A stretch of DNA of 64,000 nucleotides from Fimbriosthenelais zetlandica (taxonomy: Eukaryota): the NCBI GenBank assembly GCA_977030845.1, contig OZ365111.1, forward strand, positions 50,468,001 to 50,532,000, in the 5' to 3' direction. The notes below the pieces were generated by a model, which was given only the letters and a program-made list of their open reading frames with translations, searched no databases and was not told the DNA's origin. Within the stretch, counting starts at the first letter, position 1; every line of letters begins with the position of its first letter. The translations under genes and the position numbers were made by a program. Shown piece by piece: positions 41,712 to 54,000 of the stretch.

Positions 41712-42541
41712 CCCGGGGGGGGGACTCGCTCTATGAGGGTCAGTAGGGGTGTGCCGCCCTTTAGGGTAGCCTTTTTAGCCTGTTGGTATAGCCTTGACCC
41801 CTTATCAAAAGCCATCCGAGTCGACCGAGGTATAGACCTCGGTCGACTTTTTCAGTAGTTGGCCATTTTCAAATGATGAAGTAAATTCATGCGTTTTGAG
41901 ATCCCAAAATTCAGGCAACATTTCAAAGTGGAGGATTAACATCCATTGACCAGACCCTCAGTGACCAGTCAGTCAGTCGGTCGCGTGGGGCGTCTGGTTG
42001 GCGGGGATAGGACATTGTTGACGGAGCTTTGATGTGTGAAGTTACGTCATGGGAAGGGAAAGCTTTGTTTTAGCGTCTTTGGGGTGAGGGAGGTTAAAAC
42101 TGACCCATGATCACTTGTATCACAGGTGTTTGTAGAAGGGTTGACTTCTTTGGAGTATGAGGTGGGTGGGTGAAGGGGAGGGTGAAGTGACGTGTGGGTT
42201 CAATAGGGAAGAAAATGAAATGAGGATAACAGAAAAGATAACGTTAAATGGGATGTTGTTCGTTGTAACCGAAATTTCGTTTTAAGCGTGTTCGTTATAC
42301 GCGGACTCCACTGTATTTATATTTTTATTTTCATAAGCATTGTACTGTAATAAAGCAGATTCCCTGTTAAAAGATTTAAGTGTTAAGTTTTAATTCTTGG
42401 TATAGGTATGGGATGCAAAAAGGTATGTTTGGTATAGAGTTGGGGTGGTTTTTTGCCCATCAAGGTGGTATAAACCTCGGTCTATATTCTGGGTCAGGGC
42501 GGCACACCCCCGTGCATTTACTGGGCGAGTCCCCCCCCGGG
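41712..42541. mobile_element. 830-bp non-autonomous DNA transposon with CCCGGGGGGG..GACTCGC termini
   Basis: ~50-bp TIRs (cccggggggg..gactcgc...ggggtgtgccgccct); direct repeat AAAGTTC at 41705-41711 and 42542-42548; internal perfect 13-bp hairpin at 41819-41848; repeated GGTATA subterminal motifs; no transposase ORF. Confidence 0.85.
42245..42315. mobile_element. Truncated right end of a Tc1/mariner-pogo/Tigger-type MITE nested in the 830-bp element
   Basis: Ends ...ttcgttatacgcggactccactg|ta (reverse complement TA-CAGTGGAGTCCGCGTATAACGAA) with repeated TTCGTT motifs; no left end found. Confidence 0.6.
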
Positions 42542-45500
42542 AAAGTTCCGAGGTTCCTGAAACTCACTGGCGGAACTCTAATGTTCCCAGCATTAAATTG
42601 AAACATGATGATCCCCTGGTGACATTTCAAAATTCCAGGATGATTGCCTGGACCCGATTATGAAAGGAAAATCTTTTACATTTTCCTAAATGGCTAAATT
42701 ATTACTCGAGAAAAGATTTTTTGATTGTCTGGACCTATTTCCATTTGGACCCATTGTCAATTAAGTGAACTGAAGTTGCAGTGGAATTATTGAAACTAAA
42801 GCACTAATTTCGGGCCAATGTAAGTCAATGATTTTGTGCATCTTTTTCAAATTCCCCGATTTTCCATGATTGGAAAAGGAAAGGTGTTTCCCAGCTTTCC
42901 CAGGATTACTGGGAACAAAAGTGGAACCAGGGTGTAGTGGGTGGTGAGTTAGGAATATACGGTAGACATATCAATACTGGTATATGTTCCTCCATGGTAA
43001 ACACTGAGCACACATGACAATAGATGGATTATACAGGGATGGCGGGTGACAGCAGCAATGTGAGGGTATATACCATGGAGTATTTATAAATATTACCTCA
43101 GACGTGCATTTTTATCAATTATCTCCGTGCCATCACAATTTGGTATCATGGAATGAATCAATTTCCTGAATAAGTCTTTGTCAACGATTAAATGCAGAAC
43201 ATTTCTATGATAGAGTCTATTTTCTGAAACTGACACGAAGCAAAGACTGATATATACTCTTGTAAATATTCAATATTTGGAAAATTGTAATCAGTTCTCT
43301 GAATAGAAATTGATGAGTATAATATAAAAATTGAATAAGCACGCTGAATCTAGTATAAATATTTTGTGGGAATTTTGATAAAATACACTAATATCAAACA
43401 TCATGTTTAGCAGTTAAATTAGCGTGTACGTATGTGTAAATAAGGAAATAATCTGAAGTTCTATTGAATAGCAAAGAATCCTGCTGATTATATCAAATTA
43501 TACCTCCATGTATTTCAAAGGTATGTAAGCGTTGTTAGAAACATATGTGCTTCACAAGTTAAAGAGCTTTGTGTCAACTGTTCATTAAATATAAATGTCA
43601 TTAAATCAGTGTAATTATAGTGAGACAGTGAATACAATGATACATGGAGTAGACGAGTAAAGCACGTGTAGTCATGTGTCTGTACACATTGACATTAATG
43701 TTTACCATGGATCCTCATGGTATCACATTAATATGTGAACAACTCAAGTAGATCATCACAATTTTTCAAAATTTCTTTTTCTTAAGATTCGGATTTCCAT
43801 TGATTTTGGTCCAAACTAAGGCTGAAGGAATATTTTTCAAGACAGATTTTCTTATTTTATGTTGCAGGAATTTTGAATCATTCATGTACAATACATTATA
43901 CACAAAATAGTGTTTGATTTATTTAATTTGGCAGGAACTGTTCTTAAATGACTTGTACATGTACTTAATGTATGAAAAATGTTAAGGATTAAATAAGATT
44001 AGGTACAGGTTTCTTGCGTTAATAAAGGTAAATGATTGTTAAATTTGGGATTTAAGCACACAGGGAATAATCCCAGGTAAAATATTAAATGTTAAGTAAA
44101 TATAATTGTATTAATATTTGTAATTAATGGGGGTCAATTCCGGGTTAGGAGACCATAATTCCCGAGTGATGATCATACTTATAGTACACCGGCACCAACT
44201 GTTTAGCTGGATAGAGCAAATACCACTTACAGTGCTGCCATTTCTCACGTTAAATATTGATTTCTGAAAGGTAATTTTAAAGAAGAAAGCATGAAATTAA
44301 CATCACACATTTCGAACATTAAATCACATTATCAATCTCCCAATTATTTCTTTCTTCAAAAGTGTCTCGAAATCCCGGTTGCAATGCTATTATAAATTAT
44401 ATATTTTTGTACTGAAGTGAAATAATTCCAACCTATTTTTTCAAAGCAATGCTTTTCTACACCTATATATTTTGTACATAAATATGGATATTTGACCAAG
44501 AATAAGCAACGACCAGCCAATAACATCGATAGAATGCAATAGTACTAGGTTTCGTTGGTATAACTAAGGTAGGCATTTGTATCTCGGGCATGAATGGAGT
44601 AGTAGAAAGTCAGAATAAGGTCCATGAGTACAAACAAACATGTGGTTTGTAGAAGAGGGTGAAACGTGGTTCTGTTTCATCAGTTTCAGCCCTTCTGAAC
44701 ATGCATCCACCCCCCCCCCCCACCGGCCCCACCCACTCACACCTTTTCTCTCTTACTAGAAAACATGAGGTAGAGGGTCAGCAGCTTCTGCCAAGGGACC
44801 CATCCCATTCTCTCTGGAATGGTGCAGTTCAGTTTGAGTCATTACTCTATTTCATGTTATTTTACAAATATTTCTGATGGACTAAACTTGCGCAAGTCTT
44901 TGATTCTTTGATTTTGTTAAAACTATTATAGTAATGAGGTTTTTCCCATCTGGACTGAGGGGAATAGGTGGGTCGGGGGGAATACTTCCTCTACTCAGGG
45001 AATAGTTCTCCGCATTTGGTCTTTCATTATTTTGAGTTTATCAAAGCTTTGAGTTTATCAATACTCTAAGATCAAAGTTAGAGACTTCAACAATTTAACT
45101 AAGAGAGACGCAAGCCATGGGAACTTCACATGTTATGATACATTGATCATTTCATAAAAAAATAAAGAACATGAATTACAGTCATTAACTTCATATATCC
45201 TGTTGTAAAGACATTTTTAGTCGGGACTAACATGAGCTAAGATGAAAAGAAAATTGCCTTCTACATTTTAGACTCAAAGGACTTACTTAAGTTATGTCAG
45301 AAATGTCGGCAAAAAAAGTGTGCAATAAAATGTTGGCTCTCACCACCTCAGAGAACGTTTACCAAGGTGAGCGAGGACTTACTTTATGAAATATTTACAT
45401 ATTATTTTTCATTTTTTCCGAAACAGGAATACATGTATACCAATGCAACAATATCAAAATAGCCATCAAATTTGATCAAGTGGTGAAATATATTTCAACA

Positions 45501-46764
45501 CTGAAGCATGCAATAAAATAGTCATACTTCACATGAATGACCAAATATATGAAGTCTATATTTTTCCCTTTCAAGGAGCTATCAAGAAGTACCAATAAAA
45601 GTACTAGACATGATACTCAGGGGAGCACTAAAAATGTTTAAAAACTCAGAAAATTTATGGGGCTATCACAGCTTCTCAAACTGAAACCATATGGCTCACA
45701 GCTGAAAAATCTAAGGTCAAACCCATGTTCTGCCCTGAAAATTGTACTCAAACATGTTCAACATGAAAATAGACGGACGAGTGATGGGCTAGCATGGCAG
45801 CAGGGTCCCTCTCTTGACCATCTGTGGAGATATTAGCTATACAGTCTACAGTTCTAAGCCCCAGGCCCACCAAATGGAGGGGAGTGACGCCTTACAAACT
45901 ACCCACAGATGGACAGCCATCATGTACACATATCTCACCTAAAAACGGTATGAAAATGTGTTCCTAGTAATTTTACCCACTCCCAAAAACGTGTCAAAAC
46001 ACATTTTCTTCGCCCTCAATGCACATTTCCACCATTTTTTAAATGGATGGCGTTACACCCTACAAAAAATCCACAGATGTGAACTCGACTTTCATAAGGA
46101 TGAACCGTAAATCTTAATTTTGAGCAAGGAAATTTTGGGCTTATTTCCAGAAACAGGCAAACTATTTTGGCCTATAAAGATGGAAGGTTTGAAACAATGG
46201 ATCCTGTTGTGACTTGACTGAGGGTGATATGCCCTCATTGCTGTCTTAATGATAGCAATTAATGATCTCAAAACTAGAGTCATCATACAGGCACTACTAG
46301 GCTCCTACAGAACACTCCAGGCTTACTAGTGATCATTATTAAACCTAGAGCACACTAATCCCATTCTATTCTCAAAATTTCCGAATTCCGGAAAGTAAAA
46401 CCAGAGATACAACCGCCCTTCCCTTCGTCCACTTCTACCAAAAAAACTAGAATGAACCTGATTTCGAATCATAAAAATCAATGAAACGTAATAAATCAAG
46501 TAAATTAATGTGAAACAAAAGACAAGTAATCAATATAGAAGACAAAAGACGAGTAGCATAAGTGAACGTCCCTTATCAGGGTGATGGGTCTATCTTATCT
46601 CAGTCCTTAAAAGGCAACTCATGTAGGGAAGTAGAAAACGCTATATTATTGAACCAGCTATTCTTTATCGAGAGTTTTCAAGTGTCACTGTTTATAAGTG
46701 TCACTGTTGATAAGATTGTCTTTCAGCATATGGATTTTTTTTTACTAACAAGCAAGTTAAGTAC

Positions 46765-47010
46765 TATTAAATTGATCGGCATAATGCAGTCGCATATTGG
46801 CTTATCTATTTTATCGATTCATGTGACAATGACAATACCTAAGTTTGGCTTTAGTTTCAATTTCATCAAATACCTTTCCCTTCTTCTCCTTTTTTTATAT
46901 TGACGAAAGTCAAGCATTATTAAATTGATCGGCATAATGCAGTCGCATATTGGTTTATCTATTTTATCGATTTATATGACAATGACAATAGGTAAGTTTG
47001 GCTTTAGTTT
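46765..47010. repeat. Recent tandem duplication, period 153 bp
   Basis: tattaaattgatcggcataatgcagtcgcatattgg identical at 46765 and 46918; ~95 bp near-identical. Confidence 0.9.
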
Positions 47011-48465
47011 CACTTTCAATATCCCCTCTTCTAATCATCTCAGTTCAAACTGTTATTTATGATCTCTTGAGATTTTAGTGATTGATCTTGAGCAGTTTTA
47101 TTGCCAAGGTCATACCTCCTCCAAGTGCAGGTATTCAACTTGGAACGCGAACGAATTGTTTGCACAACTTTTAACATGGGGAGTCAGGAAGAACTAGTAT
47201 CCATTAAAAGGGATGTTTTCTTATTTTATGGTCCATATTTCAGTTCATTGGGCCCGTGTTTTGCTCAAACCTAAATTATCTAAATCGTAGTTGAATGTTT
47301 ATGTAAGTGGAGGTGATCGTTAAGCTGAGGTGAGAGTGAATTAACAAGGTTGAATGGTTACTAACCCATCATCAGTAGACTACAATATATCATGATGACC
47401 TGATGAATGTGACTGTCTTCACCTTAAATGATCCATCTCTAAATGAGGGCGGACTGAGGTCATATAACATGTATTGACATCTCCCTACCTCACTCAGTCA
47501 CCAAATAAGAACACCCACCTGTAGGCCTACTAGCTACCTGTGGTAGGTATAGGGAACGAGCAAAACATACTTTCAAAAAAAGCCAATTTTCCCCGATACA
47601 AAATGTTTTAAAAAAGTTCTTAAAGCTTGCAACTCGAGTAAATTATCCAAAGAGGGTTGGTAGACTTACAGGAAACTAAAATTCCATGATTTTTCAAGGA
47701 GTTTTTAGGGATGAAATTGGACTTTTCATGGACTTGGTACAAATTTGGTACATATTGACTTTTTCTCAATATGTTTGTATGAAAGTAGATGTAAAATACA
47801 TGTATGATTCGGGTAGGGGCCACTTTAGAATTGAAGTAATAAACAAGTTTTTTCTTGTCTTTTTGGATTTTTTTGTTAACATTACAGTAAAATCATGGGC
47901 CGTTAGAGTATATTTGAGGTCAGTGACAGGGAGGAGCCTGAGGTTAACTGTAAGTGACAAAGTGAGGTGACAGATACATCTATTAGGCCAGTTTATCAGC
48001 TGTCAACTATAAGACATGAATGCTTTATCAATGGTTGAGGTAGGGGGTCCTCAGGCTAGGGTTCATCACAATATAACCCTATGTCAGGTGTGGCGGGGGG
48101 GGGGGGTAAATAGGTAGTCATGTGTAACAGGGAGTTACCTGGTAGTCAGGACTACTGAAGGAGGAGGGTACTCATGGGTACTCAAGCTAGCCCTGAGATA
48201 TTCACCGATCAAGACTACTGAAGGATCTCAATTTTGGAAGGAAATGCCACTTTTGACATTTTCTTTTCATGACTTGAAGAAACCATCAACTTAGTGGCAT
48301 TACAGGGGTTTGTTGATTCGTATATGGAGTCATTCTACCATTAACTGTTACCTAAACCTTGAAACCAATGATGCGCAATATTAATTCTATCTGGGAAATT
48401 AACAGATACCAAAATCGAACTGTAAAGTGCCACAGAGTAATGGATAATAAAATGTGAGATATTAC

Positions 48466-48616
48466 AGTGGAATTTTTACATCTAGGATTTTTAAAATTAA
48501 AACAAAGCATAATATTGTTAATAGACCCTAGTAGGTGGAGGCACATGTAGTTAAAGATAATTTTCACATTTTGTCAAATAAAAAGACTTGACAACCAGCC
48601 AACATACCATCTGTCA
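48466..48616. repeat. Direct repeat copy 1; copy 2 at 49745-49914
   Basis: Shared cagtggaattttta, attaaaacaaag, ttaaagataattttcacattt and ccagccaacat.ccatctgtca, in the same order. Confidence 0.85.
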
Positions 48617-49744
48617 GTTATATGTACTTTCACTGTCACTGTTTCATAGAGTCATTCTTTATCTAACAATTTCATTGAAATCGATGATATACAACACTAA
48701 TTGAAATTGAAAAAGAGATCCCTGAACCAAACGTTAAACTGAGACAAAAATAATAGATTGAAAGAAAATATTTACACAATTTGACATTACTGAAGCTGAA
48801 ATGCTTTTTACGAGGCAGGTTTATTTGAACGGAAATTAATACTTTCAACTTTTCTGTTTAAATTTATGAGTGTTTTTTTATTTGATCACCAGACCCAGAC
48901 ATAATGGTAAATTGGGTGAGTGTGCTACAGTAGCTGATAGCATCGATACGCTCCACTGGATCTGCTGTGTTTTAATTGTCAAGGCAGATTATTGGAAGAG
49001 GGGGGCGCCATGGAACCCAACCCGCCACTTTCAGGGTTATGGGGCAATTATTCTGTGCCATGGAAAAGGGCAGTAATTTTTTACAAGAATACAAGAATAT
49101 AGGCGGAATAGTATGCCATGGAAAGAGTCTACTTCTGATTTAAAGACTAAAAATATCCCAAAAATCATGCCATCTGAAGGGTCTACTTGTAATTTAAACC
49201 TTCCAAAAAAATGGGAAAAATCCTTAGTATAAGACACTTGTCAGTTGTCAAAATTAGCAAACGGTAAAACATGGCTCTCTTCCTGTGCCTCTTTCAACTT
49301 TTGTTTAAACACTTTTCCATCTATTTTGCCAACCTGACCCTCTTCCACCGCAATCGCCACTTTGCTCCCTTTTTCCCCCGACATGTCTGCTACAGCACTG
49401 CAAATGACACACACACGTGCATCAGGCCTTTACCATGGCGGTCTGCTCATGGCAACAAAACAGTTTTTTCTCTGTCAACACAGGTCGTTTATTGTCCAGT
49501 CATCACAAAACTGATAGATCTAGGTCAATCATTCTAAAGTAAGCAACCCAAGATCGATCTGTACACAATCTATTGTTACTGCTTTGTGTGTTAAATCAGG
49601 AAAAAATAAAAATACTGCATTTTCACAAAAAGGCACTATGCTAAAAAGGTCCAACTGAAGGTCATGGTTCAAAATGATAAGTGCAATAAGTTGAAATACA
49701 ACTGTTACTATTGAGAAATGAAATAGATGAATTTTAACAATCCT

Positions 49745-49914
49745 CAGTGGAATTTTTAAATCGGACTTGTTTTGAGAATTAAAACAAAGGCCTGGTAAAG
49801 TAATGGGCCCCAGGATTTGAAGTTGTTTTAAGAACATGTAATTAAAGATAATTTTCACATTTCATCAAATAAAAAAGCTTCAGAGGTGAATACCAGCCAA
49901 CATGCCATCTGTCA
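49745..49914. repeat. Direct repeat copy 2 of 48466-48616
   Basis: See copy 1. Confidence 0.85.
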
Positions 49915-50812
49915 CTGTGTCGGCTCTGTCTCCTTGATTCCAATTAAAAACAGGTCTGTACTGGCGGGAAATAGGACTAGGCCAATAGACCTATCACCTC
50001 ACACCATCAAGACTATGACCATTCAATTTACACGCTGGTCAGATTAAATGTCATTTCCCCATCTAGATATTTTAGATTTGAGAGGAAGAGAATCAGTTTT
50101 GGCGGGAGGATGGCTTTTCTTTGGGCAAGAGGAGACCAGACCAAATTCCAGGATTTTCTAGGACAAATTTGCAGTTTTCCTGGATTAAAATCGGATCCCT
50201 TTTTTAATTATCGGCATATGGAAGCCTAACATTGAACTGGTTTTCCAGGACTCATGGAAACCCAGAATGGACAGATGTTTTGATGGTATTGTTCAAAAAA
50301 CCTTACAGATATTTCCTATACTATTCAAGGATTATGATATTTTGAAGCCCATGAGCACACATGACGTTGTAAAGGGTACATGTTAGTTGCCACAGAACCT
50401 TTTATTGCACTTTTTGCCAACGTGAACCATGAATAAAATATTTCTTTTACAACATGGATAATATGAACCATGTTTTTTTCAAAAAGCACATCATGGCGGC
50501 ACGCCATCTATTTCAGCAGCATGTAAATATCATACATTTGGCCATAAAGGCAAGTGTGACCAATACATCAGTTAAGTTCAGAGACGCACAATAAGGGCTT
50601 TTTGTATTGTACCTCCGGCGTTCTGCATTGAACATGAGGTGTCAAAGAGTTTATTGTTTTGACGTAAGAATTTGGATAATTAGGCCTAATCGGGAGTGAA
50701 GTAGGACAGGATGAGAGAGTGTGTAACAGATGGGAGGTGGAGGGCAGATGGTGCTGGCCATTCCTAATACATGTAGGTTAAGCACCTGATGCTAGAGATT
50801 CAGCCTTTATTA

Positions 50813-51046
50813 AGCCTGGAACACACTCATCCGATACTCTATCCAGCGCCATCCGATTTCTGTCCGAAACTCAACTACATGTATATTTCTATTCACACCA
50901 AATGCTTGTAATTTGAACAGACATTTATACCTAGGTATAGGTAATGGTAAGGCTAACCACTGACACAATTTCCATCATTGGATGTCATTAGAAATGGGGG
51001 TCCGGATGGCGACTCATTGGAGAATCGGATTGGAATATTCCAGCCC
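50813..51046. mobile_element. Decayed MITE with ~45-bp imperfect TIRs
   Basis: agcctggaacacactcatccgatactctatccagcgccatccga versus reverse complement gggctggaatattccaatccgattctccaatgagtcgccatccgga. Confidence 0.5.
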
Positions 51047-54000
51047 TGGATACCTTGAGGGTAAACAGAAAGATAGATTTAGTCGTTAGAATCCTTTGTT
51101 CTGGACATTCAGTTATTTTTTACCAATAATGAAGCCGTGAAATTTAAATTTATTCCCATTGAGATAATTTCTAGCCTGGAGCTAATATTAGTGATATAAT
51201 GAGAATCAATTTAAAAAAACAGCATGACATGTGAATTATGCTGGTAATCATGTTAAATGTCCATGTTGGTGAAGCCATGGCATGTCTGGTACTTATTACG
51301 CGAGGTAAGTTTTATTAGACCCATGACATGTAATGATATACACCAAGATAATGTGATTCCATATCAATGGGCAACTTCCATATCAATGGGCAACTTACAT
51401 AACAAAGACAGCCTCTAAAAGCCCTCAAGCCACTCTGCAGGTGACATGGGGCCAGGTATCTCCTATTCTTTAGGCTTGAATTCCCCGAATGACTCCCTAT
51501 CAGCAAGTTCCCAAGCAAATCACCTAGAACAATGGCATGTGGCCCAAGTATTTTCTGGGAGATGTCTCGAAAAATGTAAGTTATTTGCTAACAAATTAAA
51601 GTTGGGAAATACAAATTATCAGAACAGAGAATTCATTATCCGATTTCTAGGGGTAGCCTATATATAGCCCACTATCTTTTATGGAAGGTGTCCAAAATCA
51701 GACTCCCTACTGGTGTTTTGATTTTAAAATCTACTAAAAAATTCTAGGATATTCAGTTCCACTCCTCAGGTGTTGATCTAAAGACTTTCAAAAAACCATT
51801 TGCTTGTGTAAGAGATTGCCATATAAAAACAAGTGTCACCTTTAGCTTTGTGTTTGCTCAGTAGGTGTAGGTGTGTGCTGGGTAAACTTTTAAAGGAATT
51901 CCCACTTACTTATACACAGCTGGGTTAGGATGAATAACTCTACACTCTTCTATTATATTTAGATTTTCTAGGTTATCTTTATGGTGAAAGAGTAGCGAGA
52001 TGGGCAACCACTGAAGGTATTATATATGGCCGAGTGACAGGTGCTAGATCGTCCATGAGTAAACTTTATAGTCAAAATATTACTTCAACCTTTTTACGGC
52101 AAGTTGTCCTCGTTTTACTAGTAACAGGATCTACTTTCTTACGATATGAACAAACTTGAATATGAACTTGATATGAAAAGACTTGAATAAATAACTTTAA
52201 CTCAAGTTTAAATAAAATAAAATGTCACAGTTTGAAAACAAAATACCTTTTGAAGTAGACAAAATATCAAGCCATAAATTTACATCCCAAACGTGTGCAA
52301 TGTCTAAAATGGACATAGATACTTCATAAAAGATTTGAAGTTAAAAAAATCTTCAGAACGAGTGCATTGGGGAAGGTATTGAAGTGGTTCTACCTATCCT
52401 AGGCATAAGAAAAATGACATAGGTAACCCCTGGTAAATTGACTGAGTATCATCACTCACACACACCCCTGTGAGATGTTTATTGAATGTGCCTCAACATG
52501 AGTATCATTTTACCATTAAACCTATCTAACATAACAGTATCATACCCGTGATCACTCTACATTTCACCTTACTTTTCCCCGCTCACTTTTTCCCCTCGGG
52601 TGTAACCATGGGTTCCCGTTGGGATGTTGGGAAACATTTATTTATGCCTGCTCTCAGCCGGAGTGGGAAGAATCTCAGTCACCATTCCAAGGTGATAACA
52701 GGGGAATGTATGAACCCTGGGGGCTAAGGCCAGGAGGGATTGAGAAGTTTATGGTCACAGCACTGGCAGTTTGATTTAATAAATAAAATATATGGGACAT
52801 ACTGAAAATATTTTCTTGGCATCTTGCAACTAAAATATGCACTCAAAATTTAATTTCTAAAGAAAAAATTATACCAATTCCTTCCATCATTTCCCTGGTA
52901 TACCCACAGAAGGATCTAGACCGGAATAAACTAATATTTTGCATGATTACGTTCGGTCATATTAAAAGTGAAGGTAAGGCCTAATCGAGAAGGAGAGGAG
53001 GGGATCAATGCTAAGCACTCTTGGCATGCATGCTTTGGAACTTCCGCAAAAACTTCATGTTAGGATTAGGCATAGTTGAGGCATAACTGGTGGAAGGTAT
53101 AGTCTGTGTCAGGCAGTTTTTAGGGTAAAACCACATAGGTTCAGTATTGGAAGCCTATCATATGTACCTTGGTACAGAGTATACCACTTTTTACACCTGC
53201 AGGAATGTGGACAGTAGTTTTTAGCTCCGGGTTTTCACTTTACGGGTACTTAGGCTTGAATGTAAAGGATAACATAAAGAGTTACATAACAAGCAAGGTG
53301 TATAAGTACTACACTTCCGTGACTTTAATGCATGTGTAAACACAAGAATGATTTCATACAAGTATGATTTCTCGCAAGTGTAGATGGGAAAAGGCAGTGA
53401 CATAAAAACTATGGTTCGACGCCTGGATTTTTCATAAATTTTGTAAAAGATTATCATGGCCAACAGTCAATGGGGTTATTTTCTCAAAAATAAAGCATGA
53501 TTATTAAAAATACCATACACTTTAAACTCTCCTGCCAGCGAGCTATGCTCTTACAATTTTGGCATAGATAGTCTAATGGTCTGACAAATCAATATATGTC
53601 AAACATTATTTTAGACCATTTTATGTCTTAAATTTCGGATAATCAAACACGAGTGCTCTCTTACGCTTCTTTATGACAAAGGGTAAGAATCAACAGCTGT
53701 TTTTGAGAGTGGTAACTCGCCCTGGTTCTAGTTTAGCAGTGTAGACAGCCGACTATTATAGGAGAGTCAGGGCTGGTGTTGTGTGGTATTATGAAGACCC
53801 ACTTGGCACTTTTCCATGTCAGAGTGGGGATGAGTCGGGGGCGGGGGGCGGGAGGAGGGAGGAGGAGGGGGAGGATTAAACTAGCTCTAGTCTTCATACT
53901 GAGTCGCAGACTTTGGTTAGTTTCATCTCAATTAAAGCCGAAAAGATCAGCATTCTTTTTGAGAAATATTTGATATAATGGTCTCAAAGATTTAGGGATC

